A DNA stretch of 38,730 nt from a virus. Taxonomy: Duplodnaviria > Caudoviricetes. Under the pieces are notes generated by a model. The model was not told the DNA's origin and made no database searches. It worked only from the letters and a program-made list of their open reading frames with translations. The stretch covers positions 1 through 38,730 of the IMG/VR virus record IMGVR_UViG_3300017653_000202; one strand, given 5' to 3'. Of this stretch, positions 1 through 8,554 are shown in pieces (the stretch's first letter is position 1; each line of letters starts with the position of its first letter). The position numbers and the translations under genes are program-made.

Positions 1-1014
1 GTGACAGCAGCACCCATTATTCGGTTGGTTTCAGGTGACGAACTGGAGCCGCTCATCAGCGCGTTCCTTGACGACTGCGCTCTCGCGCAGCTGTCACCAC
101 GGACGATTGCCAACTATCGCGGCGTGCTCGGACGGTTCCACTGGTGGTGCCGCGAGCATGCGATTCCGCTTGATCCGACGCAGCACACCCGGTCCGACCT
201 CCGCAACTTCCTCCGTTACCTCCAGACGTCAGACACACGCTGGGAGTCCCACGCCATCGCCGGCGTCCTCGAACGCTCGCAGCATGCGCCGTCGCAGCGG
301 CCGGTAGCGGCCGGTAGCGTCCTGGCATATCACCGTGTGCTGTCCCGTTTCTACGGCTGGCTGGTCTCGCCTGAGGAGGTGTTGACGACGTCGCCGATGG
401 TCGGAGTCCCGAAGCCGAAGGCTCGCCAGGAACAGCCGGATCCGTTCACGAGCGACGAACTCAAGCGAATCGCGCGCGTTCTGCACACCGCCGGTGATGA
501 TGCGATCGCCGATCGAAACCGTGCCATCGTCGCGGTCCTTCTCGACACCGGGCTGCGGGCATCCGAGCTGTGTGCCCTGCGATCGGAGGATGTCGAGTTC
601 ACTACCGGAAATGTCACCGTCGTCGCCGGCAAGGGCAACAAGCCGCGCCAGCTCCGACTCGGGAGCCAGGCACGTCGGCTGGTTCGCCGTTACTGGCTGC
701 GGTCACGACGGGATCATGGGAACGGGCCGCTGTTCTTGTCGACGCGTGGCGAGCCGCTGCGGCGGCGAGGCCTGCATGACATGACGGACAAGTTGGGTGT
801 AGTGGCTGGCGTCCGGCCGTCGAACCCACACCGGTTCCGCCACACCTTTGCGGTCAACGCGATCCGTGCTGGCGTTTCGGAGTTCCATCTTCAGGCGATG
901 CTCGGCCACGTTGATCTGGAGATGGTCAGTCGTTACGTGAAGCTAGCTGATGATGACATCCGACGTGCGAGCCAGGAGCACAGCCCGCTCGATCATCTGA
1001 AGCTGAATCTGTAG
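1..1014 (+). CDS. int: Tyrosine integrase (XerC/D-like)
   Basis: N-terminal SAM-like domain; catalytic motifs DTGLRASEL (R), GKGNK (K), HRFRHTFA (HxxR), LGH, and SRY (Y). Confidence 0.95.
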   Translation: MTAAPIIRLVSGDELEPLISAFLDDCALAQLSPRTIANYRGVLGRFHWWCREHAIPLDPTQHTRSDLRNFLRYLQTSDTRWESHAIAGVLERSQHAPSQRPVAAGSVLAYHRVLSRFYGWLVSPEEVLTTSPMVGVPKPKARQEQPDPFTSDELKRIARVLHTAGDDAIADRNRAIVAVLLDTGLRASELCALRSEDVEFTTGNVTVVAGKGNKPRQLRLGSQARRLVRRYWLRSRRDHGNGPLFLSTRGEPLRRRGLHDMTDKLGVVAGVRPSNPHRFRHTFAVNAIRAGVSEFHLQAMLGHVDLEMVSRYVKLADDDIRRASQEHSPLDHLKLNL

Positions 1015-1028
1015 GAGAAGAACGCGAA

Positions 1029-1931
1029 ATGTCGAGAAGCCGGAAATCCGGAGCTGTGTCAAGGGCATCAACTCGCGAGAAGGCGATGCTGACTGTTCCC
1101 CGAGATGAGGCACGACGCAGGATCTCTGAGCAGATTGCTCGAGCTGAAGAGATTCTCGCTCGGCCGATCTCCTCCGAAGAAGAGTTTACGAGCACGAGTG
1201 CGGAGTTTTGGCGATGGCGCGACTTTGTCGACGAGTTGCTGAGCCAACTGATTACCACGGACGACTACCGCATGGAGTTCTCTAGACCAACTTACTCGAT
1301 TACCGCCGTCCCGATCGTCAGATCTTCTTCGCCTCGACCCCAAACGCCGCCGCTGGGCGAACGCGTACAGAGCTTTCTCGAAAATGCGACGCCGCATCTC
1401 AACCGCTTGAAGTCAATCGAGCCGCGAATCGAACTCCTACCCGTGGAGGACGGCGCCGTCCACACAGAGACAGTCGACAAGCTACCGCAAGTACTTCATG
1501 TGTTGAACCGGTTCCACACAATCGTGAGACAGCTCCGGCGGCGGCACGATGATCGTTCGACGCTTGACGTGCGCGACGAGTACGACGTCCAGGACTTACT
1601 GCATGCTCTATTGCTTTCGATCACCGACGATGTTCGAGACGAGGAAGGTTCGCCGAGTGTCGCAGGGAGTTCACCGCGAATTGACTTCTTGTTGAAGGTT
1701 GAACGGATTCTGATCGAGGTAAAGATGACCCGCAGCGGTTTGACCGACAAGAAGCTTGGTGACGAACTCGCGATCGACATTCAGCGGTATCGGGGACATC
1801 CGGACTACGACACGCTCGTGTTCTTCATCTACGACCCATCCGACACAATCCGCCGGCGAGCATCAATGGTGAACGATAACTCCGGGTTCAGGGACGGGAA
1901 GCGTGTCGTGGTTGTCATCAATCCAGACTGA
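1029..1931 (+). CDS. PD-(D/E)XK nuclease, DpnII/MboI-like REase domain with N-terminal helical domain; probable defence moron
   Basis: EYDVQDLLHALL, RIDFLLK, IEVK, LAIDIQRY and LVFFIYDP motifs. AGGAG RBS overlaps the int stop. Visibly less GC-rich than the flanks. Confidence 0.8.
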   Translation: MSRSRKSGAVSRASTREKAMLTVPRDEARRRISEQIARAEEILARPISSEEEFTSTSAEFWRWRDFVDELLSQLITTDDYRMEFSRPTYSITAVPIVRSSSPRPQTPPLGERVQSFLENATPHLNRLKSIEPRIELLPVEDGAVHTETVDKLPQVLHVLNRFHTIVRQLRRRHDDRSTLDVRDEYDVQDLLHALLLSITDDVRDEEGSPSVAGSSPRIDFLLKVERILIEVKMTRSGLTDKKLGDELAIDIQRYRGHPDYDTLVFFIYDPSDTIRRRASMVNDNSGFRDGKRVVVVINPD

Positions 1932-1940
1932 CGATCTTAA

Positions 1941-1981
1941 CAAAAGGAAAAGCGAGCCGACTCCCTTTCGGGAGCCGGCTC
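1941..1981 (-). terminator. Rho-independent terminator ending the late/lysis transcript
   Basis: Minus strand GAGCCGGCTCCC-GAAA-GGGAGTCGGCTC followed by GCTTTTCCTTTTG, between convergent genes. Confidence 0.85.
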
Positions 1982-2018
1982 AGAGAGAGGAGAGGGTAGG
2001 AGTGTTCGAGGGACTGAG

Positions 2019-2189
2019 CTACCGGTCCTGCGGTCGCATTCGATCGGCGAACCACCGGTAGAAGCGCAGCCAAGCTATCTCGCGCTGGTCGTGGTACTCG
2101 GCGACTGGATAGCACTGCAATCGTCGATCACCAGACAGCCGGTCGATCTCTTCAGGGGCCAGCTCGACGGCGAAATCGGTGTCGTTCAC
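2019..2189 (-). CDS. Small hypothetical protein (56 aa), not in the ORF track
   Basis: GTG overlaps the holin stop (GTGA). Translation MNDTDFAVELAPEEIDRLSGDRRLQCYPVAEYHDQREIAWLRFYRWFADRMRPQDR. Confidence 0.55.
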   Translation of the reverse strand: MNDTDFAVELAPEEIDRLSGDRRLQCYPVAEYHDQREIAWLRFYRWFADRMRPQDR

Positions 2190-2434
2190 GACGTCGCCTT
2201 TCGGCCGAGGAAGGTCTTCCCGCCGGCGTAGCTACCGACCGCTGCTACGCCGAGCGCAGCGCCAGCCAGAAGCGTCTCCTGTAATTCGGCCGGTATCACC
2301 GACCAGATCGTGTGGACCAGCATCCCGGCCAGCACGGCGGTGAACGGGATCAGGGAATCGGGCGGCCTGGCGTACCAGCGGTAGAGCGCGACCAGCGCCA
2401 CAACGAATCCAGCCTGTAGGGCCATCGCATCCAT
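2186..2434 (-). CDS. Holin-like membrane protein (82 aa)
   Basis: ATG at 2434 with AGGAGA RBS; three hydrophobic segments and a basic C-terminus; lies in the lysis region. Confidence 0.7.
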   Translation of the reverse strand: MDAMALQAGFVVALVALYRWYARPPDSLIPFTAVLAGMLVHTIWSVIPAELQETLLAGAALGVAAVGSYAGGKTFLGRKATS

Positions 2435-2452
2435 CGCGTTTCTCCTAGACAT

Positions 2453-2479
2453 GCAGAAGGGCGGCCAGTTGGCCGCCCC
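2453..2479 (-). terminator. Hairpin, weak terminator after the secreted-protein moron
   Basis: GGGCGGCC-AACT-GGCCGCCC followed by TTCTG. Confidence 0.45.
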
Positions 2480-2508
2480 TCGATCGATGGTTCCGGATAT
2501 GGTGTGAC

Positions 2509-4206
2509 CTATCCCGGCAGGCCCCCGCAACCGATCACCGATCGGATCTGCTGGGTCTGCGCGTAGATCTCGGCCGCATCCCGACGGTCGATCCGCCGCC
2601 GAGACTCCTGCGCCTTGATTTGCAAGTCGAGGCTGGTTAGCTGCACGCACGACAGCCCCGACTGGCTCCCGTTGGCCAGCATCTCGGCAATCGCCACCTG
2701 CGTCAGCAGCGTCCGCTCCACACTGCGATCCAGGTCAAGGTCCGCGATCATTGCCCGCAGCTGAGCGAACAGATCCCCGACCCCTAGCACCGTCACTGTG
2801 AAGCTCGTGCTGGCCGTGTTACCGGCCAGATCCGTCACCGTACAGGTGATCGTCGTCGTCGCCCCGGCCGGCGCGTACTGACCGCTCGTGAACGGGTTGC
2901 TGAACTGATCGACGCAGCTCACGACCAGCTCGTTGGTCGGCGTCAGGTTGTCGGCAACGACCGTCGTGAAGACGACCGGCGTACCAGATGCATTGACCGG
3001 GTCAAGCGTCTGGTTCGGGATCGGCTGGATCGTCGGATTGGTCAGGTCGATGTTGATGCCTGTGATGGTCTGTGGCGTCGCCGTGTTCCCGGCCGCATCC
3101 GCGCACGCCGGACTCGACACCTGCTGATTCGCGCCTTCGGTCGAGACCGTTGTGGTCGTGCTGGGCTGGATACCGGGACCGAGTGTCAGGTTGTCGGTGC
3201 AGGTGAAGGTCACCACCACCGGCTGGTTGGTCCAGTTCCCAGGCCCTGGGACATACGGATTGCCACCGCTCGTGAGCGTCGCCTCCAGCACCGGCGCCTC
3301 ATTGTCGGCAACCACCGAAACGGTTGCGACGACCAGCTCCAGGCAGTCCGTGCCCCCCGTCTGCGTCAGGGCGGCGGCTGTCGGTCCAAGTGTCAGCGCA
3401 CTCTCGATCGAGAAGCTCTCGATGTCCCATTCACCGGCCGTCGCTCCGGACGCCACTGGAACCGAGTCGCCCTGAAAGACTTCGCCACTGGCGAAGGTCG
3501 TACCATTCAGCGCGAACGTCCCATCCTCGTCATCAGTGCCGGCGGCGTCCTCACCATCAGCAACATGCAGTGTCAGCGTTGCCGCCCCGCCCGGGTAGGT
3601 GTTACCGGACAGGTTCGCATTCCAGCCGGGTCCGTTCGATGATGACGCGCTGGTGCTGTCGAGGCCCTCGTAGACGTAGACATCCCGGTCGTTGGTCGTG
3701 TCGCCATCATTGAAGAAGACGATCACGGACGCCCCGTACGGAAATCGATTCAGAATCTCCGACCGCAGACCACCCACCGTGTACGCACCGTCGCCGGTCA
3801 CCAGGTTCGTGACATCAGCGCGATAGGCGTCTGAGCGATAGCCGGCCGCCTGGCAGGAGGTGCTCTCGAACCCGACCGGTGTTCCACTGATCGACGTGCC
3901 GTTGAACACGACGTTCTGGAGCGCGGTTGAATCGGGCGACTCCGCATACCCAGCCCAATACAGCCAGGCGCTCGTGATGACGCCGGATCCGATCCCGCCG
4001 AGCGTGATCGTGCCACCCTCGTCAGCCTGACTCAGGCCACCCACCCCGGCCACCACCATATCGGTGTCGATCACGAGTGTCGGTCCGGGCGCAGTTGCCG
4101 GTACGAGCGGTGTCGCTCCCACCAGCCCCGGTGTCACGATCATGGAGACCAGCAACGCCAGACTCAACACGGCAGCCAGCATCCGGCTGCGAGGCGAACT
4201 GAGCAT
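2509..4206 (-). CDS. Secreted/surface beta-rich protein (signal peptide, beta-sandwich domain, Ig/HYR-like repeats, C-terminal helical domain); moron
   Basis: N-terminal basic plus hydrophobic signal; SAWLYWAG, YRADVTNLV, WTNQPVVVTFTCTD and TTITCTVTDLAGNTASTSFTVTV motifs. Confidence 0.75.
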   Translation of the reverse strand: MLSSPRSRMLAAVLSLALLVSMIVTPGLVGATPLVPATAPGPTLVIDTDMVVAGVGGLSQADEGGTITLGGIGSGVITSAWLYWAGYAESPDSTALQNVVFNGTSISGTPVGFESTSCQAAGYRSDAYRADVTNLVTGDGAYTVGGLRSEILNRFPYGASVIVFFNDGDTTNDRDVYVYEGLDSTSASSSNGPGWNANLSGNTYPGGAATLTLHVADGEDAAGTDDEDGTFALNGTTFASGEVFQGDSVPVASGATAGEWDIESFSIESALTLGPTAAALTQTGGTDCLELVVATVSVVADNEAPVLEATLTSGGNPYVPGPGNWTNQPVVVTFTCTDNLTLGPGIQPSTTTTVSTEGANQQVSSPACADAAGNTATPQTITGINIDLTNPTIQPIPNQTLDPVNASGTPVVFTTVVADNLTPTNELVVSCVDQFSNPFTSGQYAPAGATTTITCTVTDLAGNTASTSFTVTVLGVGDLFAQLRAMIADLDLDRSVERTLLTQVAIAEMLANGSQSGLSCVQLTSLDLQIKAQESRRRIDRRDAAEIYAQTQQIRSVIGCGGLPG

Positions 4207-4256
4207 CTCTACTCACTTTCCTGATGCACACAAACGACGGGGATTCGACTGATCGA

Positions 4257-4286
4257 ACGGTACTGCCTGACCTTGCGGAATGTCAA
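4257..4286 (-). promoter_or_regulatory. Sigma70-type promoter for the moron gene
   Basis: Perfect TTGACA (4286-4281), 18-bp spacer, TACCGT (4262-4257), in the gap after the endolysin. Confidence 0.6.
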
Positions 4287-4316
4287 CGGACAGGTTCCCG
4301 CAAGCCTTGAAGAAGA

Positions 4317-5777
4317 TCAGGCTGGTACCTTCTCCGGATGCCGGGTCCGGATGACCTCCAGCCCCGTATGCCCACGCAGCACCCGATGCTCGGCCGGATT
4401 GCCTGGATACCACTCCAGCCGGCCGCCCTCGAAATACTGGACCAGCAACATCGTGCCGTCGGCTTGTTCCTCTAGGAACGCACCGGAAACCACGTAGCCC
4501 ATTACCCGTAGGCCACCGTTCGCGTGGATCCAGTCCACGAACGGGTCCAGCACCCAGAACGGATCCCCGCCATTCCAGTCCTTCGCGTAGTTCCTGGAGG
4601 CCTCGTCGAAGCGCCAGGGGTCAAGCTGCGCGCCAGGCACGGCCGGGACCGGCTCGACCACTGGCGGCGGCGTCACGCTTGGACCAGCCGGAAACTGCCC
4701 AGTCCGGAACGGCCGGACGAAGTCGCCCATCAATGAGCCAGGGCAGTTGGTCGCCGATAGCTCCATGTGGCCCCGTACCGCGTCAAGCCCCTCGCCCGTG
4801 AAGTGCAGCAGTGCCGCGCAGACCTCGGCCAGCCGCCGGAGCTGGACCGGCGTGGCCCGCTGGTTGATGCCGATCGGGACGTAGATCGCGAAGCTGTGCC
4901 GGTTCCAGGCATGGCCGCAGTGCCACAGCCCGTCCTCCAAATCGCGCGTGAGATAGGCGATCCCGTCGTCGGCGATCGCCAGGTGGTACATGATCCCGTC
5001 ACCGATCGCCCCGCTGCCGTTCGCGGAGAAGTCCTTCGTGCAGTGGTAGGCCGCCACGTTGATGATGTGCTGCCGGTCATTGGCACCCACGTCCGGTCCG
5101 TTGAAGTGGATCACGACCCCACGCTTCTGATTGAGCGGCATGCGTCCTTCCGACCCACCTCGCGGGTTGCGCTTCAGCTCGCCCCGCAGATCGACCAGAC
5201 CGGGCACGATGTGCTCGTAGGCTCCTGCCACAGGTGTTCCTCCTGGCTGGCTGTCGGGCCAGCGCCCGTTGATGAACGCCACGACGGCGCGGATGTAACT
5301 TTCCGGGTTGTTGTTGTCGGTCGGTGGCGCCCAGATTGGGATGATCGCCTCGATCGTCCTGGCCCCCCGCTGCGTGTACGGATACGCCGGCGACACCAAC
5401 CGGTTCGCCATGTCGTGCCAGCCCTCAGCCCAGCTCGGGTAGCGGATGTAGGTGTCTTTCCCGGCCGGCGGGACGCGAACACCATTGATGATCTGCACGA
5501 CGTTGGTATCGACCGGCTCCCCGATCCCCGTACTCGATGTTCGGCAGTTGCCCGGCGACCTGGTCGCATAGGCCGGGCAGATGCCCTTCGTGCCGTCGGT
5601 GGACTCGTGGCGGAAGATGGCGCGCATGAAGCGGTGGCTGACGCGCTTCGCCCAGATCAGGGCATACGCCTCGGCGCTGTCGCCCTCAGCGGGTGTGCCG
5701 AGAAGCGACGCCTGCCACTCGGCCAGCGTGAGATCCGGCGTGCTCAAACCAACGACGACATAGGTCCGGTCGATCAT
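4317..5777 (-). CDS. Endolysin: N-terminal glycosidase-like domain, Zn amidase_2 and C-terminal wall-binding module
   Basis: Amidase motifs VVIHFNG, IMYH, WHCG and GHMELSATNCPG. N-domain has FRHES, YPSWAEG and IIPIWAPPTDNN. C-terminus has VQYFEGGRLEW. Confidence 0.88.
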   Translation of the reverse strand: MIDRTYVVVGLSTPDLTLAEWQASLLGTPAEGDSAEAYALIWAKRVSHRFMRAIFRHESTDGTKGICPAYATRSPGNCRTSSTGIGEPVDTNVVQIINGVRVPPAGKDTYIRYPSWAEGWHDMANRLVSPAYPYTQRGARTIEAIIPIWAPPTDNNNPESYIRAVVAFINGRWPDSQPGGTPVAGAYEHIVPGLVDLRGELKRNPRGGSEGRMPLNQKRGVVIHFNGPDVGANDRQHIINVAAYHCTKDFSANGSGAIGDGIMYHLAIADDGIAYLTRDLEDGLWHCGHAWNRHSFAIYVPIGINQRATPVQLRRLAEVCAALLHFTGEGLDAVRGHMELSATNCPGSLMGDFVRPFRTGQFPAGPSVTPPPVVEPVPAVPGAQLDPWRFDEASRNYAKDWNGGDPFWVLDPFVDWIHANGGLRVMGYVVSGAFLEEQADGTMLLVQYFEGGRLEWYPGNPAEHRVLRGHTGLEVIRTRHPEKVPA

Positions 5778-6016
5778 GGCGTCACGACTCCGATCCCGAC
5801 CTGCAGCTTCAGCATGGCGTTCTCAGCCTTGAGTGCCGCCATCTCGGTCTGGAGCTCGGTCATCCGCTTTTCCAGTTCGTCGATGCGCGCCCAGTAGCGA
5901 GCCGCCACATCGGTGACGTCGAACTGGGACTGGCGTCGCCGGCCGAGCAGCCACTTGACCAGCTCAACCCCAGCCCCGCCGCCGGCAAAGCCGACGAGCG
6001 CGCTCGCAATATCCAT
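5774..6016 (-). CDS. Small membrane protein with coiled coil (lysis-associated)
   Basis: N-terminal TM segment followed by heptad coiled coil; ATGA overlap with the endolysin start. Confidence 0.65.
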   Translation of the reverse strand: MDIASALVGFAGGGAGVELVKWLLGRRRQSQFDVTDVAARYWARIDELEKRMTELQTEMAALKAENAMLKLQVGIGVVTP

Positions 6017-6033
6017 TGGACTGTCCCGTCTGT

Positions 6034-6047
6034 ATTTCGCGCGAAAT
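6034..6047. promoter_or_regulatory. Palindrome ATTTCGCGCGAAAT, parS/NBS-like site 1
   Basis: Perfect 14-bp palindrome in a 33-bp intergenic gap; three near-identical copies elsewhere. Confidence 0.7.
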
Positions 6048-6049
6048 GC

Positions 6050-7234
6050 CTACGTCATCTGCACCCGGTTGGTGCGCTTCAGTGCGTCGGCCACCAGCCG
6101 GCCAACCGGCCGGATCGTGGAGCCGAGCGCGACGGCGATCTGCTCGCCCTGGGCGTTGAGCGTGACGCTCACCTCGACGATCCGGCGATCGAACTCGACA
6201 CCGATTTCCGGGATCGCGATCGTGACGTCGTGGCCGAGATCCCAGTCGGTGCGGTACCGCGCTGGTCCGATCGGAAGCGGCTGGGCATCGACGCGCCGCG
6301 CGGCTGCCTGCGCCTGGTCGATGACGGTCTGCCCGTCCAGGTCGAGCGCGGCGTCGGTCGCGTTGTTGCGGCTGTCGATCGACGCCTCACGCCGAAACCG
6401 CGTCGCAAGACTCCCGCTATCGAGCACCGTCCGCACTGTGCGGCTGGCGCCTTCGCCCTGACCGAGGACGTAGACAGCATTCGGCACGCTGAGGTAGTTC
6501 TCCTCGTACCGCAGCGCCGCGACGTTGTCCCAACCGGTAGAGAACACGACCGGCACGGCGCCGGTCGATCGCGTCGCGTCGACCGGCTCTCGCACCTGGT
6601 AGCGGTAGCCGAGGATCAGCGTCCCGTCGGTGACGATCACGACGTCGTGCAGGAGATTCCCGCTCGTCGCGATCGGTTGCAGCACGCTGGTGAGCAGGTT
6701 GACGTGCCGCCCGTTGAATGAGACCGTGGTACCCCGTGCTGCGTCAGCTTCGATCTCGAAGGTCACACCATCGAGCATCGCGCCGATCGCGCGGTCGCTG
6801 TCGGACGGATTGACCAACTGCCGACTCACGTAGCCTTTCAGCGCCGTCTCGGCCGGAACGGAATTGACCGCGTCGTACTCCTGTCCGCTGGCCGGAACGA
6901 CCTGCGCCCCGGCGAGCAGCCACTTCAGGTCTGGTCCGCGCACGGTCCACGTCTCGGTGATCGCGTCGTACACGCGGTGCAGGATGACGCCGGCGAACTC
7001 TGCCCCAATGTCGTCACCAAGGACGTCCGAGATCTCGTCGTCGTGACGCTGGACGACGAAGATCCGGTCGGCCGAGATCAGGTCCGGCTCGATCGTGTTG
7101 CGGTGCAGGGCGAGTTGGAATTCGCCCTGAACGACGTCGCGCCGCTTGTAGGTGAGCGATGTGTACTGCGGGATCGCGCCCAACAGGTTGAGCGTGAAGG
7201 CGTCGTAGACCAGCAGCGTGTACTCAGCCGCCAT
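6050..7234 (-). CDS. Siphovirus minor tail protein (ReqiPepy6 Gp37-like / Tal)
   Basis: Position after Dit and fibre; NAVYVLGQGEGASR, RREASIDSR and YRTDWDLGHDVT motifs. Confidence 0.85.
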   Translation of the reverse strand: MAAEYTLLVYDAFTLNLLGAIPQYTSLTYKRRDVVQGEFQLALHRNTIEPDLISADRIFVVQRHDDEISDVLGDDIGAEFAGVILHRVYDAITETWTVRGPDLKWLLAGAQVVPASGQEYDAVNSVPAETALKGYVSRQLVNPSDSDRAIGAMLDGVTFEIEADAARGTTVSFNGRHVNLLTSVLQPIATSGNLLHDVVIVTDGTLILGYRYQVREPVDATRSTGAVPVVFSTGWDNVAALRYEENYLSVPNAVYVLGQGEGASRTVRTVLDSGSLATRFRREASIDSRNNATDAALDLDGQTVIDQAQAAARRVDAQPLPIGPARYRTDWDLGHDVTIAIPEIGVEFDRRIVEVSVTLNAQGEQIAVALGSTIRPVGRLVADALKRTNRVQMT

Positions 7235-8545
7235 CTAGATCACCATCGTCAGCGTCGTCCCGGCCGAGCCAGCCTGACCAGTGCCGCGACCAGCGCCGCC
7301 ATTCGCCTGGAGCGTGAGATCGTGGTCGGCCTGTGTGGTCAGCAGTAGCACCACCCCACCTCCGCCACCGCCGGTGCCACCACCGCCGGAGCTGACGTTG
7401 CCACCAGCCCCGCCGAGCGAGTTGGTCGCCGCGGTGCCGATCGGTGCATTGGACGATACCCACCCAGACCCACCAGCGCCGCCGGAGATCAGGTTTCCGT
7501 CGAGTGTCCGGGCCAGCACGAATGCGGCCGGGTTGGTCGTGATATGTCGCGACCCGCCCGCGCTGGCCGCCGGAGGCGTCGCCGACGCGGAACCCGGGGC
7601 ACTGGCCGAGGTCGTTCCAGTCGTACTCGACCCAGTTCCGCCATTGGCCCGGATCGTGCCCGTACCGGTGATGTTGCGAGCCGCAACCATGACGACACCG
7701 CCGCCACCGCCGCCCTGCAGCGTCGATTGTGTTCCTCCGGTGGCCCCGCCGCCGACCGTTCCCGACGGTGCGGCCGTGTTGCCGTTGCCCGGCGCGCTGT
7801 TCTGGATGGCCGCCCCGCTGTTGATCGTCAGGGTGTCGCGCACGAAGATCCGGTAGCCGCCGGTGCTGAGTGTCTGACTGGCGTTGATCGTGAGGTTTTC
7901 GTAGTACATGTCACGAGTCAGGGTTGTGGCACCTGAGATCGTGACGTCGCCATCCGACCCGTCGCCGAAGTAGGGCGGGGTCGCCGAGCCGGTCTCCCAG
8001 GTGGACCCGTTGAACAGCAGCCCATGGCCAGCCAGCGCGCCGCTGGTGTCCACCCCATGCAGATCCCCGAGCGCATCAGGCAGCCACTCTCGTTCGTCGG
8101 TCAGCGAGCCTATCACCCCGCCGGTCGTGATCGTGAAGCTGGCAAGCGGGATTTCCCACGTCGCCCCGTCGGTCTGGGTGAGTGCCGGTAGTGAGGGCGT
8201 CCCGTCGGCCGACGAGATGATCGCGATCCGGACCGTTCGATCCGACCATGACTTGCGCAGCACGACCCGCTTGCCGGTCGTCCCGGTTGTGGGCGACGAC
8301 ACCGCCAGTGTCTGATCGTCGTCGTGCTCGTAAAACATGCCATCGACGAGCGCCCGGCCGGAGTCGACGTTGATCTGATTGTTGCCGGGCGACGTCACCT
8401 CCAGTTCGTTGAGCTGCCCGTGGTACAGCCCCTCATTTGCCGCCGGGTTGCGGTGGATCCACTTCAGGAACGTCCGAAACTCATCCTGCGAGTAGGGATG
8501 CCCGTCGCCCGAACCGTTCGTCCAGAATCCAGATCGTTCTGCCAT
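7235..8545 (-). CDS. Tail fibre/baseplate protein with glycine-rich C-terminal domain
   Basis: N-terminal baseplate-like domain (VDSGRALVDG, WEIPLA); FGDGSDG motif followed by poly-Gly tracts. Confidence 0.75.
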   Translation of the reverse strand: MAERSGFWTNGSGDGHPYSQDEFRTFLKWIHRNPAANEGLYHGQLNELEVTSPGNNQINVDSGRALVDGMFYEHDDDQTLAVSSPTTGTTGKRVVLRKSWSDRTVRIAIISSADGTPSLPALTQTDGATWEIPLASFTITTGGVIGSLTDEREWLPDALGDLHGVDTSGALAGHGLLFNGSTWETGSATPPYFGDGSDGDVTISGATTLTRDMYYENLTINASQTLSTGGYRIFVRDTLTINSGAAIQNSAPGNGNTAAPSGTVGGGATGGTQSTLQGGGGGGVVMVAARNITGTGTIRANGGTGSSTTGTTSASAPGSASATPPAASAGGSRHITTNPAAFVLARTLDGNLISGGAGGSGWVSSNAPIGTAATNSLGGAGGNVSSGGGGTGGGGGGVVLLLTTQADHDLTLQANGGAGRGTGQAGSAGTTLTMVI

Positions 8546-8554
8546 CCAGACCTC

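Noticed and set aside
1020-1031. Half-sites of the parS-like palindrome (CGCGAAAT near 1023 and 35085; GCGCGGAAT near 27624)
   Set aside because: Only one arm matches, which is expected by chance.
2505-2515. GGGATAG/CGATAG matches at 2509 and 16043 as leader-motif copies
   Set aside because: They arise from TAG stop codons and have no second GATA or adjacent hairpin.
7235-8545. Diversity-generating retroelement or invertible tail-fibre cassette
   Set aside because: No reverse transcriptase, template/variable repeat pair or inverted crossover sites seen.
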